Below, piece by piece: positions 17,957 to 27,372 of a DNA stretch of 64,000 bases; position 1 is the first letter of the stretch, and the number at the start of each line of letters is the position of its first letter. The position numbers and the translations under genes are program-made. Source of the DNA: Candidatus Altimarinota bacterium (GTDB lineage: Bacteria > Patescibacteriota > Gracilibacteria > UBA4473); contig OZ246423.1 in assembly GCA_965231215.1 (NCBI GenBank), positions 1,248,001 through 1,312,000 of the forward strand, read 5' to 3'. The notes under the pieces were generated by a model, which made no database searches, was not told the DNA's origin, and was given only the letters and a program-made list of their open reading frames with translations.

Positions 17957-20029
17957 ATGCATTTAAAATCATTTTTTAACCCACAATCGGTAGCTGTAGT
18001 AGGTGTTTCAGAAAGCCTAAACAAGCTTGGATCAGTGATTTTTCAAAATATTTTAGAATCTGGATTTAAGGGGGATTTGTATGGAATTAATCCAAAATTA
18101 GATGGTCAAAAACTCTTGGGGCAAGATTGTTTTAAAAGTATTGCTCAAGCGCCACCAGCGTTAGATCTAGTCATCGTAGTAATTCCAGGAAAGTTTGTCG
18201 AATCTGTCATAGATGACTGTGTCCTCATGCAGACCAAAAATATTGCGATCATTTCAGCTGGTTTTGGAGAAGTTGGGAACCATGATTTAGAGGAATCGAT
18301 TAAAGAAAAATGTGAAAGAAGTGGAATAAATCTGTTAGGCCCAAACTGCCTGGGAGCTATATTCCCCTATGCTAACCTCAATGCTAGTTTTGCTGATGGT
18401 TATCCAAAGAAAGGGAATATTTGTTTTGTCAGTCAATCTGGAGCCTTTTGTACAGCGATGCTTGATTGGGCGACTGAGAAAGGTATTGGATTTTCTCATT
18501 TTATCTCCCTAGGCAATAAGGCTGGAATTTCAGAAATTGATATCTTAGAACATCTAGGAGATGACCCGAATGTAGATATTTTTGCTTTTTATCTTGAATC
18601 TTTGGCTGATGGTCCAGCTTTTCTCGAACAGATTAGAAAAGTGGGGCCTCACAAACCTATTATTATTTTAGAACCTGGAAAGTCAGAGAAAGCCGCTGAA
18701 GCGGCTTCAAGCCATACCGGCTCTCTGGCTCCAAATTCACGGGTATTAGAAATGGCCTACCAACAAGCAGGCGCTATACAAGTATTCTCTATGCGTTCCA
18801 TGTTTGGGTTGCTAGAAACCCTCACCTACAACGCTGAAAAATCTTTTGGTAAAAATTTAGCCGTAATTACTAATGCTGGAGGAGTTGGCGTTTTAACGAC
18901 TGATTTAACTGAAGAAAATAACCTAAATTTGGCTCAATTTAGCACTGAAACTCTCAAAAAACTTAAAACAGAACTGCCTCTTGAGGCCAACATTAAAAAC
19001 CCTGTAGACATCATCGGTGATGCTCGAGCTGAGAGATACCAAAAAGCTTTAGAAATATTGTTAGAAGACAAAAATGTAGATCAAATTTTAGTGCTACTCA
19101 CGCCACAAAGAACTACAGAAGTGGAAGAAACAGCTAGAGTTATTGGTCAAATTGCTCAAAATACAACCAAAAATATTGTGGCTAGTTTTATTGGTGGACA
19201 GCGAATCTCAAATGGTATTCCCGTTTTAGCCAAACACACCATTCCTCACTTTGAGTTTCCTGTAGATGCAACACGCGTTTTAGGCCTGCTCGCCAACAGA
19301 CTCTCAAAAAATATAGCTCAACCAATAGACCTGCTTACCAGACAAGACGAAACCATTGTTAAACATATTGAAGCAGCGAAAAAAGCAAAAATGAAATCAC
19401 TGCCACAAGAACACGTGAATGCTCTTTTAAAAGCGTATGATTTTGATTTTCCTCAAAATTGTAATTTTGAGGATTATAAAGAAGCACTAGAATGTGCTTC
19501 CTCATTTTTCCCCGAGAGTGTGGTAATGAAAATTTCAGCCCCAAACGCTCTACACAAAACAGACCTTAAAGGAGTGGTTCTTAATGTCGATACACCAGTA
19601 AAATTTAAAGAAGTATGGGAGGGTTTTCAGGCTTCAATCAAAGCCGCTGGCCTCAAAGACGCTCGCATCCAGGTACAAGAACAAATCCCTCAAGGCACAG
19701 AAATTATTGTCGGTATTACTCGTGATCCAAACTTTGGAAGTGTCATGCTGTTTGGCTCTGGAGGTATTTATACTGAAGTCTTTAAAGACACTACCGTCCG
19801 AGTACTCCCTACCACTGACTTTAATGACATGATTGAAGAAACTAAGATTGGTGAAATCCTCCATGGAGTCAGAGGGGAAGAGCCTAAAGCGGTTAAACCA
19901 CTTATCAAAACGATGCAAAAAATGCAGCAACTAGTCCTCGACTATCCAGAAATTGCCGGTATTGATGCCAATCCAGTTATGGTCACAGAAGATCGAGCCG
20001 TAACCGTAGACTTTAAAATCTTAGTGTAA
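17957..20029 (+). CDS. Acetate--CoA ligase (ADP-forming), fused alpha/beta (CoA-binding plus ATP-grasp)
   Basis: FFNPQSVAVVG.S, LLGPNCLG, SQSGA, ASSHTGSLA (phospho-His), NPVDIIGDA, HKTD..GV, DANPV. Confidence 0.92.
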   Translation: MHLKSFFNPQSVAVVGVSESLNKLGSVIFQNILESGFKGDLYGINPKLDGQKLLGQDCFKSIAQAPPALDLVIVVIPGKFVESVIDDCVLMQTKNIAIISAGFGEVGNHDLEESIKEKCERSGINLLGPNCLGAIFPYANLNASFADGYPKKGNICFVSQSGAFCTAMLDWATEKGIGFSHFISLGNKAGISEIDILEHLGDDPNVDIFAFYLESLADGPAFLEQIRKVGPHKPIIILEPGKSEKAAEAASSHTGSLAPNSRVLEMAYQQAGAIQVFSMRSMFGLLETLTYNAEKSFGKNLAVITNAGGVGVLTTDLTEENNLNLAQFSTETLKKLKTELPLEANIKNPVDIIGDARAERYQKALEILLEDKNVDQILVLLTPQRTTEVEETARVIGQIAQNTTKNIVASFIGGQRISNGIPVLAKHTIPHFEFPVDATRVLGLLANRLSKNIAQPIDLLTRQDETIVKHIEAAKKAKMKSLPQEHVNALLKAYDFDFPQNCNFEDYKEALECASSFFPESVVMKISAPNALHKTDLKGVVLNVDTPVKFKEVWEGFQASIKAAGLKDARIQVQEQIPQGTEIIVGITRDPNFGSVMLFGSGGIYTEVFKDTTVRVLPTTDFNDMIEETKIGEILHGVRGEEPKAVKPLIKTMQKMQQLVLDYPEIAGIDANPVMVTEDRAVTVDFKILV

Positions 20030-20985
20030 TGGAACACTTTTTTAACCTCATCATCGCCTCCCCTTTCCCGGTACAGATATTTCTGGCGGGAATTTCTATA
20101 TTGGGGCTATGGTATGGAAGTGAAAAAGTAATCTGGGGCATTAAGCGAATCGCTCGAAAGTTTGGCATTTCGGAGCTTATTATTGGTCTAACTATCGTGT
20201 CTATTGGTTCAAGTCTACCAGAAATTTTTGTAAATATTTCAGCTGGACTCAATGGAGTGGATGATATTGGGGTTGGGAATATTGTGGGAAGTTGTTTTGT
20301 GCAGATATCGTTCATACTAGGACTTTGCGTGCTCGTTGGTGGTACGATGAAAGGGCAAGGGAAAGAACTGCATCGCGATGCCCTGATGGTGGTAGGATCA
20401 ATTATGGCGCTATTTCTTTTAGGGTTAGATGGGGAAATCCAGACCGGTGAGGCCTTGCTACTTATCTTTGCGTACGTTTTTTATACGTACTATTTGCTCG
20501 TCGCTAATAGAAAAGGATGGAAGGTCCGAAAAAGTGTCTCAAACCTATGGCTTAATATTGTAGCTTTTCTTTTTGGGGTAGCCCTAGTCTGGTTTTCTGC
20601 TGAAATGCTTCTCAAAATTGGGATCAATGCCGGAGAGCAACTAGGCGTAAATCAAGGAGTGATTGGACTTTTCTCTGGAATTGGAACTTCTATTCCAGAA
20701 CTTTCTATTTCCCTCATTGCGTTGCTGCGAAGATCTTCAGGATTATCCCTTGGGAACTTACTTGGCTCCAATATTACCGATCCTCTTTTCTCACTGGGCG
20801 TTGGGGCCGTCCTAGCTCACGGGTATAAAGTCTCTGATTTCTTACTCTTCACCGCTATTCCTATTTGGTTTGTCGCCAGTTTTGGGGCTATGTCAGTATT
20901 TTACCTTTACGGGAAAATGACCTGGAAGCACGCCTCGGTATTAGTCGCTTTTTATATTGGAGCGTTTTTAGTATTTTTGACTTAA
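20029..20985 (+). CDS. Sodium/calcium exchanger (CaCA, YrbG-like)
   Basis: Two alpha-repeats GSSLPE...GNIVGS and GTSIPEL...GNLLGSN. Confidence 0.92.
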   Translation: MEHFFNLIIASPFPVQIFLAGISILGLWYGSEKVIWGIKRIARKFGISELIIGLTIVSIGSSLPEIFVNISAGLNGVDDIGVGNIVGSCFVQISFILGLCVLVGGTMKGQGKELHRDALMVVGSIMALFLLGLDGEIQTGEALLLIFAYVFYTYYLLVANRKGWKVRKSVSNLWLNIVAFLFGVALVWFSAEMLLKIGINAGEQLGVNQGVIGLFSGIGTSIPELSISLIALLRRSSGLSLGNLLGSNITDPLFSLGVGAVLAHGYKVSDFLLFTAIPIWFVASFGAMSVFYLYGKMTWKHASVLVAFYIGAFLVFLT

Positions 20986-21084
20986 AGTTTTCCAAGGCCT
21001 AATGGCTTTTGATCTGCTAATTACTTCACCTATTGATTTGTATGAGTTATGGATTTTGGATTGAGTTCAAAATGATGGTTGAAC

Positions 21085-22503
21085 CTAATCTTTTTTCACA
21101 AACTTACCCACACACTCTACGTGAGATGTGTGTGGAAATTGATCTACTAAACTGAATTTTTTAAGTTCATATTGTTCTCTCAGTATTTCCGTATCTCTCG
21201 CAAGAGTCGCAGGATTACAGGAGACGTAGATAATTTCTTGAGGTCTAAAATCAATAATAGATCGTAAAGCTTTAGGGGAAATGCCAGCTCGTGGAGGATC
21301 CAAAATTACCGTAGGGGGACGACCTTCATATTCCTTCATAAATTTAGTTACATCGTCACACACAAAATTTATGTTATGAATGCCATTTTTAGCAGCATTA
21401 GCCTCGGCATCTTCTACCGCAGATTTTATAATTTCTACACTTGTGATTTTGGTATGAGGATTTTGACGAGCCATAATCTGACTGATGGTACCTGTTCCGG
21501 AAAAGAGTTCTAAAATTTCATCACCACCAGAGACATATTCCTCTACTTTTTTATATAACTTTTCAGCCGAAAAAATATTGGTTTGAAAGAAGGAATCTAA
21601 AGAAATATCAAAATCTAAATTATTAATATTTTCTGTGATTTTTGCTTCGCCAAAAAGGAAATTTCGTGAAACATAGTGGTGACTAGCATTTCCCAAATCA
21701 TTGCTTTGGGTCCAGCAAAATCCCTGGATACGCTCCCCTAGTTCTGATTTTAAAAGTTCAGCAAGAGCCTCAATGTTTTGAGCCTGGGTTTCATCAACGG
21801 TGGTTATAATCTCTACCAAGAAATGAGCTTTTGAAAAACTTTTTCGTACGGTTAACTGCCTCCAAAATCCTTGATTTTTGCGAGTATTGTACGCGGGCAA
21901 TTTAGAAGCCTCGCAAAGCGTACGAATTTTGGGAATAATATTTTCAAAGGCCTGATCAAAAAGGCCTGATGGTTTCTGTAAATTCTGCACAAGCCAAAAC
22001 TGGCCTCGTTTTTTGGAACCTAAGCCAAATCCCGTATGTGTCCAGGCTCCTTTTGGCCCTTCTTGGATTAAAGAGGGAGTTGTAGGGTGTTCGTCAGTTG
22101 GCCCAAAAGAATACTCCATTTTGTTTCGGTAAAACCAAATTTCAGGAGATTCAATATACTCATCAAACAGGGGTTCAAGGTCAGTTTGAGCCAGCCTTTT
22201 GAAAAGTTCAAATACTTGTGATTTTTTATGCTGTTGCTGGATTTCTATAGGCAATCCCATCCAGGGCGCTCCTGGAGTTTCTTGAAAATCAAGCAAGACT
22301 TCATCGGCGGCCCTTTGTAATACTCTTAAAATTTTGCCTTCTGCGTGTCGTCTTTTTTTTAGCGATATTTTGGCTTCAACTACCTGCCCTGGTAATGCCC
22401 CATCTATGAAGATCATAAACGCATCAACTTTAGCTATTCCCTTCCCGCCAAAGGCAAGGTCTTGAATTTTTAGTTCCAAAATCTGTCCTTTCTTTATTTC
22501 CAT
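21085..22503 (-). CDS. rlmD: 23S rRNA (uracil-1939-C5)-methyltransferase
   Basis: TRAM N-terminus, YRNKMEYSF, SFFQTN, LDPPRAG, YVSCNPATLARD, DQFPHTSHVE. Confidence 0.93.
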   Translation of the reverse strand: MEIKKGQILELKIQDLAFGGKGIAKVDAFMIFIDGALPGQVVEAKISLKKRRHAEGKILRVLQRAADEVLLDFQETPGAPWMGLPIEIQQQHKKSQVFELFKRLAQTDLEPLFDEYIESPEIWFYRNKMEYSFGPTDEHPTTPSLIQEGPKGAWTHTGFGLGSKKRGQFWLVQNLQKPSGLFDQAFENIIPKIRTLCEASKLPAYNTRKNQGFWRQLTVRKSFSKAHFLVEIITTVDETQAQNIEALAELLKSELGERIQGFCWTQSNDLGNASHHYVSRNFLFGEAKITENINNLDFDISLDSFFQTNIFSAEKLYKKVEEYVSGGDEILELFSGTGTISQIMARQNPHTKITSVEIIKSAVEDAEANAAKNGIHNINFVCDDVTKFMKEYEGRPPTVILDPPRAGISPKALRSIIDFRPQEIIYVSCNPATLARDTEILREQYELKKFSLVDQFPHTSHVECVGKFVKKD

Positions 22504-22545
22504 TATTTTGATTCTAGATAAAGTTTAACTGTTTGAAACTTAAAA

Positions 22546-24297
22546 ATGTCGATACAAGTATTACCACACAACATTCGTGATCAAATTGCTGCAGGAGAGG
22601 TGGTAGAACGGCCAGCCTCTGTGGTCAAAGAGTGTATAGAAAATGCACTAGATGCCGGGAGTACTAATATTGAAGTTACTCTAGAGGAAGGAGGCAAAAA
22701 GCGTATTGTTATCCTCGATAATGGCACCGGAATAAAAGCCACAGAGTTAGAACTAGCAGTAGAACGTCATGCTACTTCAAAGATTAAATCTATTGACGAT
22801 CTTTTTGCGATTCAGCATTTTGGGTTCAGGGGGGAAGCTTTGTCAGCGATTGCCGCCGTGTCGGACTTTACGATTACTTCCAAAACAAAAGAAGCTCAAA
22901 AGGCTTCACAACTTACCGTTTATGCGGGACGCAAAGAACCTATCCAAACGGTAGCTCATCCAAAAGGGACGACCATAGAAATTAAAAATTTATTTGCCCC
23001 CACCCCGGCGAGGTTGCAGTATCTGAAAACTTCAGAAACAGAGTACAGACAAGTTTTGAAAACCATACAACAATTTGCTTTAGCACATCCTCATGTGGGG
23101 TTTCGGCTTAACAAAGAGGCAAAAACAGTTTTAGATTTACCAACGGGTGAGACGGCTAGAACTCGGGCAGAAACGATTTTGAAACTTTCTAAAAATCAGA
23201 TTTTAGATTTGGATTTTGGGTATGACAATGTGAAAATTTCAGGATTTATTTGCGCGTCTGGATATTGCGCTAGAAGTCGGAATCATCAGTTTTTATTTGT
23301 AAATGGGCGCCCTATTGAGGATTCACGTATGGCTTATGCTATTCGGGAAGGGTATGTGCAAAGTGCAGGAATAGAAAAACACCTACACCCAATTTTTGCG
23401 CTCAATATTGAGCTAGATCCTTTACTCGTAGATGTAAACGTACACCCACGAAAATTAGAAGTGAAATTTGCAGAACCTGGAGAAGTGTTTGTAACGGTAA
23501 AAAAATCAGTAATGGAAGCGTTAAGATCCTTTAGTGAAATGGCAGCACTACCCCCAATACAACACAAAACTTTTACCTCTCCACCGCCTAAAACGCCCCA
23601 AAAACCAACGCTAATGTTAGTGCCAAAGTTTAGCCATAACTTTGCTTCGCGCAACACTCAAAGGGAACAACGGATTCCTAGACTTGAGAAAACAAATATT
23701 GAACCTGCCCCTGAAACTCCACAAAGCCTACGAGTTATTGGGCAAGTAGATAAAAAATATATTATAGCTGAATCTGAAAAAGGGATGTATATTTTTGATC
23801 AGCATGCACTACATGAAAGGCAGCGATTTGAACAGTTTTGGAATGAATGGAAGACTTCAAAAATTAAGAGTGAAACTTTGTTAGTCCCTCAAGTATTATC
23901 AATGAATGAAACACAAATTTCAGTGCTGGCAGAAAATACTAAAGCCTTAAATAAACTCGGTTTTAAAATAAACTTTACGACAGATAGTTCTGTGGAATTT
24001 TTAAGGGTACCAACTGTTCTAAAAGATGAAGATTTACAAAAAATTGCGGAATTAATGGTCAATTATTTTGACACAGAAAAGTTGGGAGAGCATGTCCTAG
24101 ATCAAGTAATGCGAAAAGCTTTAGAATACAAAGCGTGTCGTGGATCGATTATGTTTGGCGATAGACTTGATATTGCAGAAATGGAAAAACTTATTGCGGA
24201 CTTTGACTCTACTTCATGGAAATTACTCTGTCCTCATGGTAGACCTAACCATACGTTCATCCCCTTTTCTGATTTAGATCAACAATTTCATCGTTAA
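22546..24297 (+). CDS. mutL: DNA mismatch repair endonuclease MutL
   Basis: QIAAGEVVERPASVVKE, GFRGEAL, DVNVHP.K, DQHALHER, CPHGRP. Confidence 0.97.
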   Translation: MSIQVLPHNIRDQIAAGEVVERPASVVKECIENALDAGSTNIEVTLEEGGKKRIVILDNGTGIKATELELAVERHATSKIKSIDDLFAIQHFGFRGEALSAIAAVSDFTITSKTKEAQKASQLTVYAGRKEPIQTVAHPKGTTIEIKNLFAPTPARLQYLKTSETEYRQVLKTIQQFALAHPHVGFRLNKEAKTVLDLPTGETARTRAETILKLSKNQILDLDFGYDNVKISGFICASGYCARSRNHQFLFVNGRPIEDSRMAYAIREGYVQSAGIEKHLHPIFALNIELDPLLVDVNVHPRKLEVKFAEPGEVFVTVKKSVMEALRSFSEMAALPPIQHKTFTSPPPKTPQKPTLMLVPKFSHNFASRNTQREQRIPRLEKTNIEPAPETPQSLRVIGQVDKKYIIAESEKGMYIFDQHALHERQRFEQFWNEWKTSKIKSETLLVPQVLSMNETQISVLAENTKALNKLGFKINFTTDSSVEFLRVPTVLKDEDLQKIAELMVNYFDTEKLGEHVLDQVMRKALEYKACRGSIMFGDRLDIAEMEKLIADFDSTSWKLLCPHGRPNHTFIPFSDLDQQFHR

Positions 24298-24686
24298 AAT
24301 TTTGAACTTTTAAAAAATTCAGGCGAATAAGGTTGAGCTCGTTCTACCAAAATATTAGGAAATGTGTTTGCAAAGTTTTCTAAATTAAATTGTTGATCAT
24401 ACCCTAATAAAATCCTTTCTGGGGCGACTTCTTCTATCGTTTTAAAGAAATTTTGATCGGCTCTCCCCAAACGCACCTCTACATTCTCAAAATGCGTAAA
24501 TTCATAAATAACTCTTTCATATCTTTTTACCTCTGAATTTCTTGGCTTTTTGCCTTTAATTTTAAAAACAGTGTTGTCGCGGGCAATGATAATATGCAGC
24601 TCTGAAGAATGTGTATAACCAGACCACACATAGTGCTGATGACCAATATGAAAGTTGTCGAAGGTTCCAGCAATAAGTGTTTTCAT
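24294..24686 (-). CDS. Cytidylyltransferase-family nucleotidyltransferase, probable RibL-type FAD synthetase
   Basis: AGTFDNFHIGH (HxGH), IARD.TV.KIKG.KP, ILLGYDQ, terminal KSSK. Confidence 0.75.
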   Translation of the reverse strand: MKTLIAGTFDNFHIGHQHYVWSGYTHSSELHIIIARDNTVFKIKGKKPRNSEVKRYERVIYEFTHFENVEVRLGRADQNFFKTIEEVAPERILLGYDQQFNLENFANTFPNILVERAQPYSPEFFKSSKF

Positions 24687-24700
24687 AAAAAAAGTTTAAC

Positions 24701-27001
24701 CTAAACTTTTAAATTTTTCATATTAAACCCATGAAGATTTGCTAGCTCTGTATTTAGCCTCTTTCGGTTTTTTTTAATTTTTATTTTTTCAGGTTTTTCT
24801 AATTTACTAGGGTTTACCAAAATTTTATCCCAAAGTTCATGAGAGAAATTTACATCACATCTTTTATTTAATAGATCGTATAATCTTATTTTCATTTGAG
24901 TGAGGTCTATATCTTCTTCAAATTTGATGGCTTTTAAAGTATCCACTAAAGAAGCAACATTAGCTCCAATTCTAGTAAAAATAATTTCATCTGAAAGGTC
25001 TTTGTCCTCATCAAAAAGGATTTTCCAATCTTGAGCATGTAGAATGACCTCGCACCTAGCATTTAGCGCTTCTGCCATAAGCCTAAAGGCTTCATCCTCA
25101 CCTGGAACTATATCAGAAATATCCCTAATTCTGAGTACATGCTGATAGGCAAAAAACTCTTCTTCTTTTGGACCTTTAAAAAAGGAATTTTTAAACCTAT
25201 TTTTAATATCTTTCTTAGCTCTTTCAATAAAATCCTGCTCCTTTTTTCCTTCTTCGTAATCTATATAAGATCTATAGATTTCTGGATTGTTGGCTAAGTC
25301 CTTAACAATGTTCCACATAGAAGACTCTAATATTGGAATTGTAGGTCTAGATTCATCTACTAAATCTTGTAAAGCAACATATACATCGTGGTGATTAGCT
25401 CCGGACTCATTTTTTTTATAATCTTCCTCCGTCATAATTTGTATTTCAACTGGGATTCGGATGATTTCTTCTCCATATTTAATAGGGAAAGATCCCAATA
25501 ATTTGTACTCTTTTCTCTGGCTGTCTGCAGTTAAATTTTGTGAGGTTGATTCTTTAACTTTTAAGTTCCAAGATTCATCATATGGACTATTAGGACGGCC
25601 AAAATCAATTTGAAGTTTGTTTATTACCTCTCTAATATCATTTTCATTTGCTACGATAATACTTGCTCGATAAACGTCTTTTATATTACTTGGATCTACT
25701 TCTGATTTCCTTGTGCATTTAGTGGCCATTCTTTCTATGGCTTTAGCATTTGAATCTAATTTAAGGTAACACTTTCTCCCCCCTGTAAACCCTTTAATAA
25801 GTCTTCGACCTGTTTTTTTGCCCTGCGTTACCTCCTCTTCAGTTTTATCCCTTAGAGCTTGCCTAAATTCTTTTTCATGGGCATCGATAAACTGATAGTA
25901 TGGCAATTTGGATATTTTTTTGAATCCAACAAAAGATTTAAGCATTCTCCTGCCTAGGGGTGATTGGTTAGCCTTTTTTGCGAATTCAAAGAAGCTTTCA
26001 GGGTCTTGGATTTTGCGTATGAGAGGCATTAGATTTTTCTCAACCTTAGCTTGCAAGGCCCTAGCATCGTATTTAATGTAATCTCGCATAAATTGAGTTC
26101 TGGAAACTATGTGTGGCAAGCATCTCATTGCCATTAACCCTCCGGCCTGGATTGCTTCAGGTACATCTAAAGGAACTTCAAAGTGAGTTTCATATATTTT
26201 TTTAAATGCTTCAAAATCTGGACTGATACTAATAATATCCAACGGAGATATTATTTTATTCGTTTCTTGTACTGAATTAGAATCATTAATATCTTTAACA
26301 GTCATAGGCTTCCCTGAATTGGCTACCGCTAAAGCTTTGGCTCTAGTTTCTTCAGTCACCTGCTCCATTCGCTTTAGAGCCTCTTCTACTTGGGCTGCTC
26401 CTAAATGACTATTGCTAGCGATAAGTTCTCTAGTTTCTGGATCAGATAGTATAGCTGGACCAGAGGGCTCCCAGCTAATTTCTTCATGACTATCATCGCT
26501 GTGTTGTAAAGCGGTCCAAGTCTCTGGAAGATTTTCATATTCTTCAGGTTCTAAGATAACAAGCCAAAAAGTAATTCTTTTGTGGTCGATATGAGGTATT
26601 TTTTTAAAGGAGCCATTAGTCATAGCGGTTTCAGTGGTATACAACTTTTGAAATCGATTGAGATGCACATATAGCCCACTTTCTTCTTCTAATTCTTCGC
26701 CGGCCTTTTTTAAACGTGAAAGTTCTTTTTCTGGCTCTGACATAGCCAAAAAAGCGGTTTGTGCTGCTTTATCATCAAAAGTCTTTCCCCCAGGGATTTC
26801 ATATTTGCAGGCTTTGTCTGGACTTTTTCCTATACGATCTCCACTTTCACCATGATTCGAAGCCACAAGGATCGGTGGGTGGTTTTCTTCTCCTGGTTTT
26901 GGTTTTCGCATTACAAGGACTCTCTGAGTCTCCAAAAACCTTTCAGCTCTAATTGCTTGGGGTTCCTTTTCTAACATTATGCTTGAAGGTCTCTCATTCA
27001 T
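24701..27001 (-). CDS. NUDIX hydrolase fused to a RelA/SpoT-like nucleotidyltransferase domain (766 aa)
   Basis: N-terminal YEIPGGK...GEELEEESGL (NUDIX box with insertion); central K..ERM.TK..RK...IKDVYRASIIV...PVEIQIMT...NESGANHHDVY. Confidence 0.7.
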   Translation of the reverse strand: MNERPSSIMLEKEPQAIRAERFLETQRVLVMRKPKPGEENHPPILVASNHGESGDRIGKSPDKACKYEIPGGKTFDDKAAQTAFLAMSEPEKELSRLKKAGEELEEESGLYVHLNRFQKLYTTETAMTNGSFKKIPHIDHKRITFWLVILEPEEYENLPETWTALQHSDDSHEEISWEPSGPAILSDPETRELIASNSHLGAAQVEEALKRMEQVTEETRAKALAVANSGKPMTVKDINDSNSVQETNKIISPLDIISISPDFEAFKKIYETHFEVPLDVPEAIQAGGLMAMRCLPHIVSRTQFMRDYIKYDARALQAKVEKNLMPLIRKIQDPESFFEFAKKANQSPLGRRMLKSFVGFKKISKLPYYQFIDAHEKEFRQALRDKTEEEVTQGKKTGRRLIKGFTGGRKCYLKLDSNAKAIERMATKCTRKSEVDPSNIKDVYRASIIVANENDIREVINKLQIDFGRPNSPYDESWNLKVKESTSQNLTADSQRKEYKLLGSFPIKYGEEIIRIPVEIQIMTEEDYKKNESGANHHDVYVALQDLVDESRPTIPILESSMWNIVKDLANNPEIYRSYIDYEEGKKEQDFIERAKKDIKNRFKNSFFKGPKEEEFFAYQHVLRIRDISDIVPGEDEAFRLMAEALNARCEVILHAQDWKILFDEDKDLSDEIIFTRIGANVASLVDTLKAIKFEEDIDLTQMKIRLYDLLNKRCDVNFSHELWDKILVNPSKLEKPEKIKIKKNRKRLNTELANLHGFNMKNLKV

Positions 27002-27007
27002 CCCCTT

Positions 27008-27016
27008 ATTATATCA
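27008..27016 (-). promoter_or_regulatory. Extended -10 promoter (TGATATAAT) 6 nt upstream of the ATG, implying a leaderless mRNA
   Basis: - strand reads TGATATAAT-AAGGGG-ATG. Confidence 0.6.
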
Positions 27017-27069
27017 AAAAATTTAATTTAAATCGATTTTTTTTTGCTTTATGATTCTTACTGGTAAAA

Positions 27070-27372
27070 ATGAAACAAATCATAAACATGCTTTCACAAG
27101 ACGAAGTCGTACATATTGCAAAATTGGCTAAAATCAAGCTAAAAAATTCAGAAATTGAAAAATTTTCAACGGAGCTTTCCAGTATTCTTGGTTTTTTTGC
27201 TGACTTACAAGAGGTAGATACTAAAGGCATAACCGAAACCTCACAAGTAACCGGACTAGAAAATGAAACCAGACCCGATGAAGTAAAAGTGACAGAAAAT
27301 GAAGACGAACTCCTTGAATGTAGTCCTCACCCAGTGGAAAACCACAGCATTAAAATTCCTAAAATTATGTAA
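27070..27372 (+). CDS. gatC: Asp/Glu-tRNA amidotransferase subunit C
   Basis: EVVHIAKLAKI.L, LQEVDT.G...TSQVTGLEN..R.D, IKIPKIM; stop overlaps the gatA start. Confidence 0.93.
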   Translation: MKQIINMLSQDEVVHIAKLAKIKLKNSEIEKFSTELSSILGFFADLQEVDTKGITETSQVTGLENETRPDEVKVTENEDELLECSPHPVENHSIKIPKIM

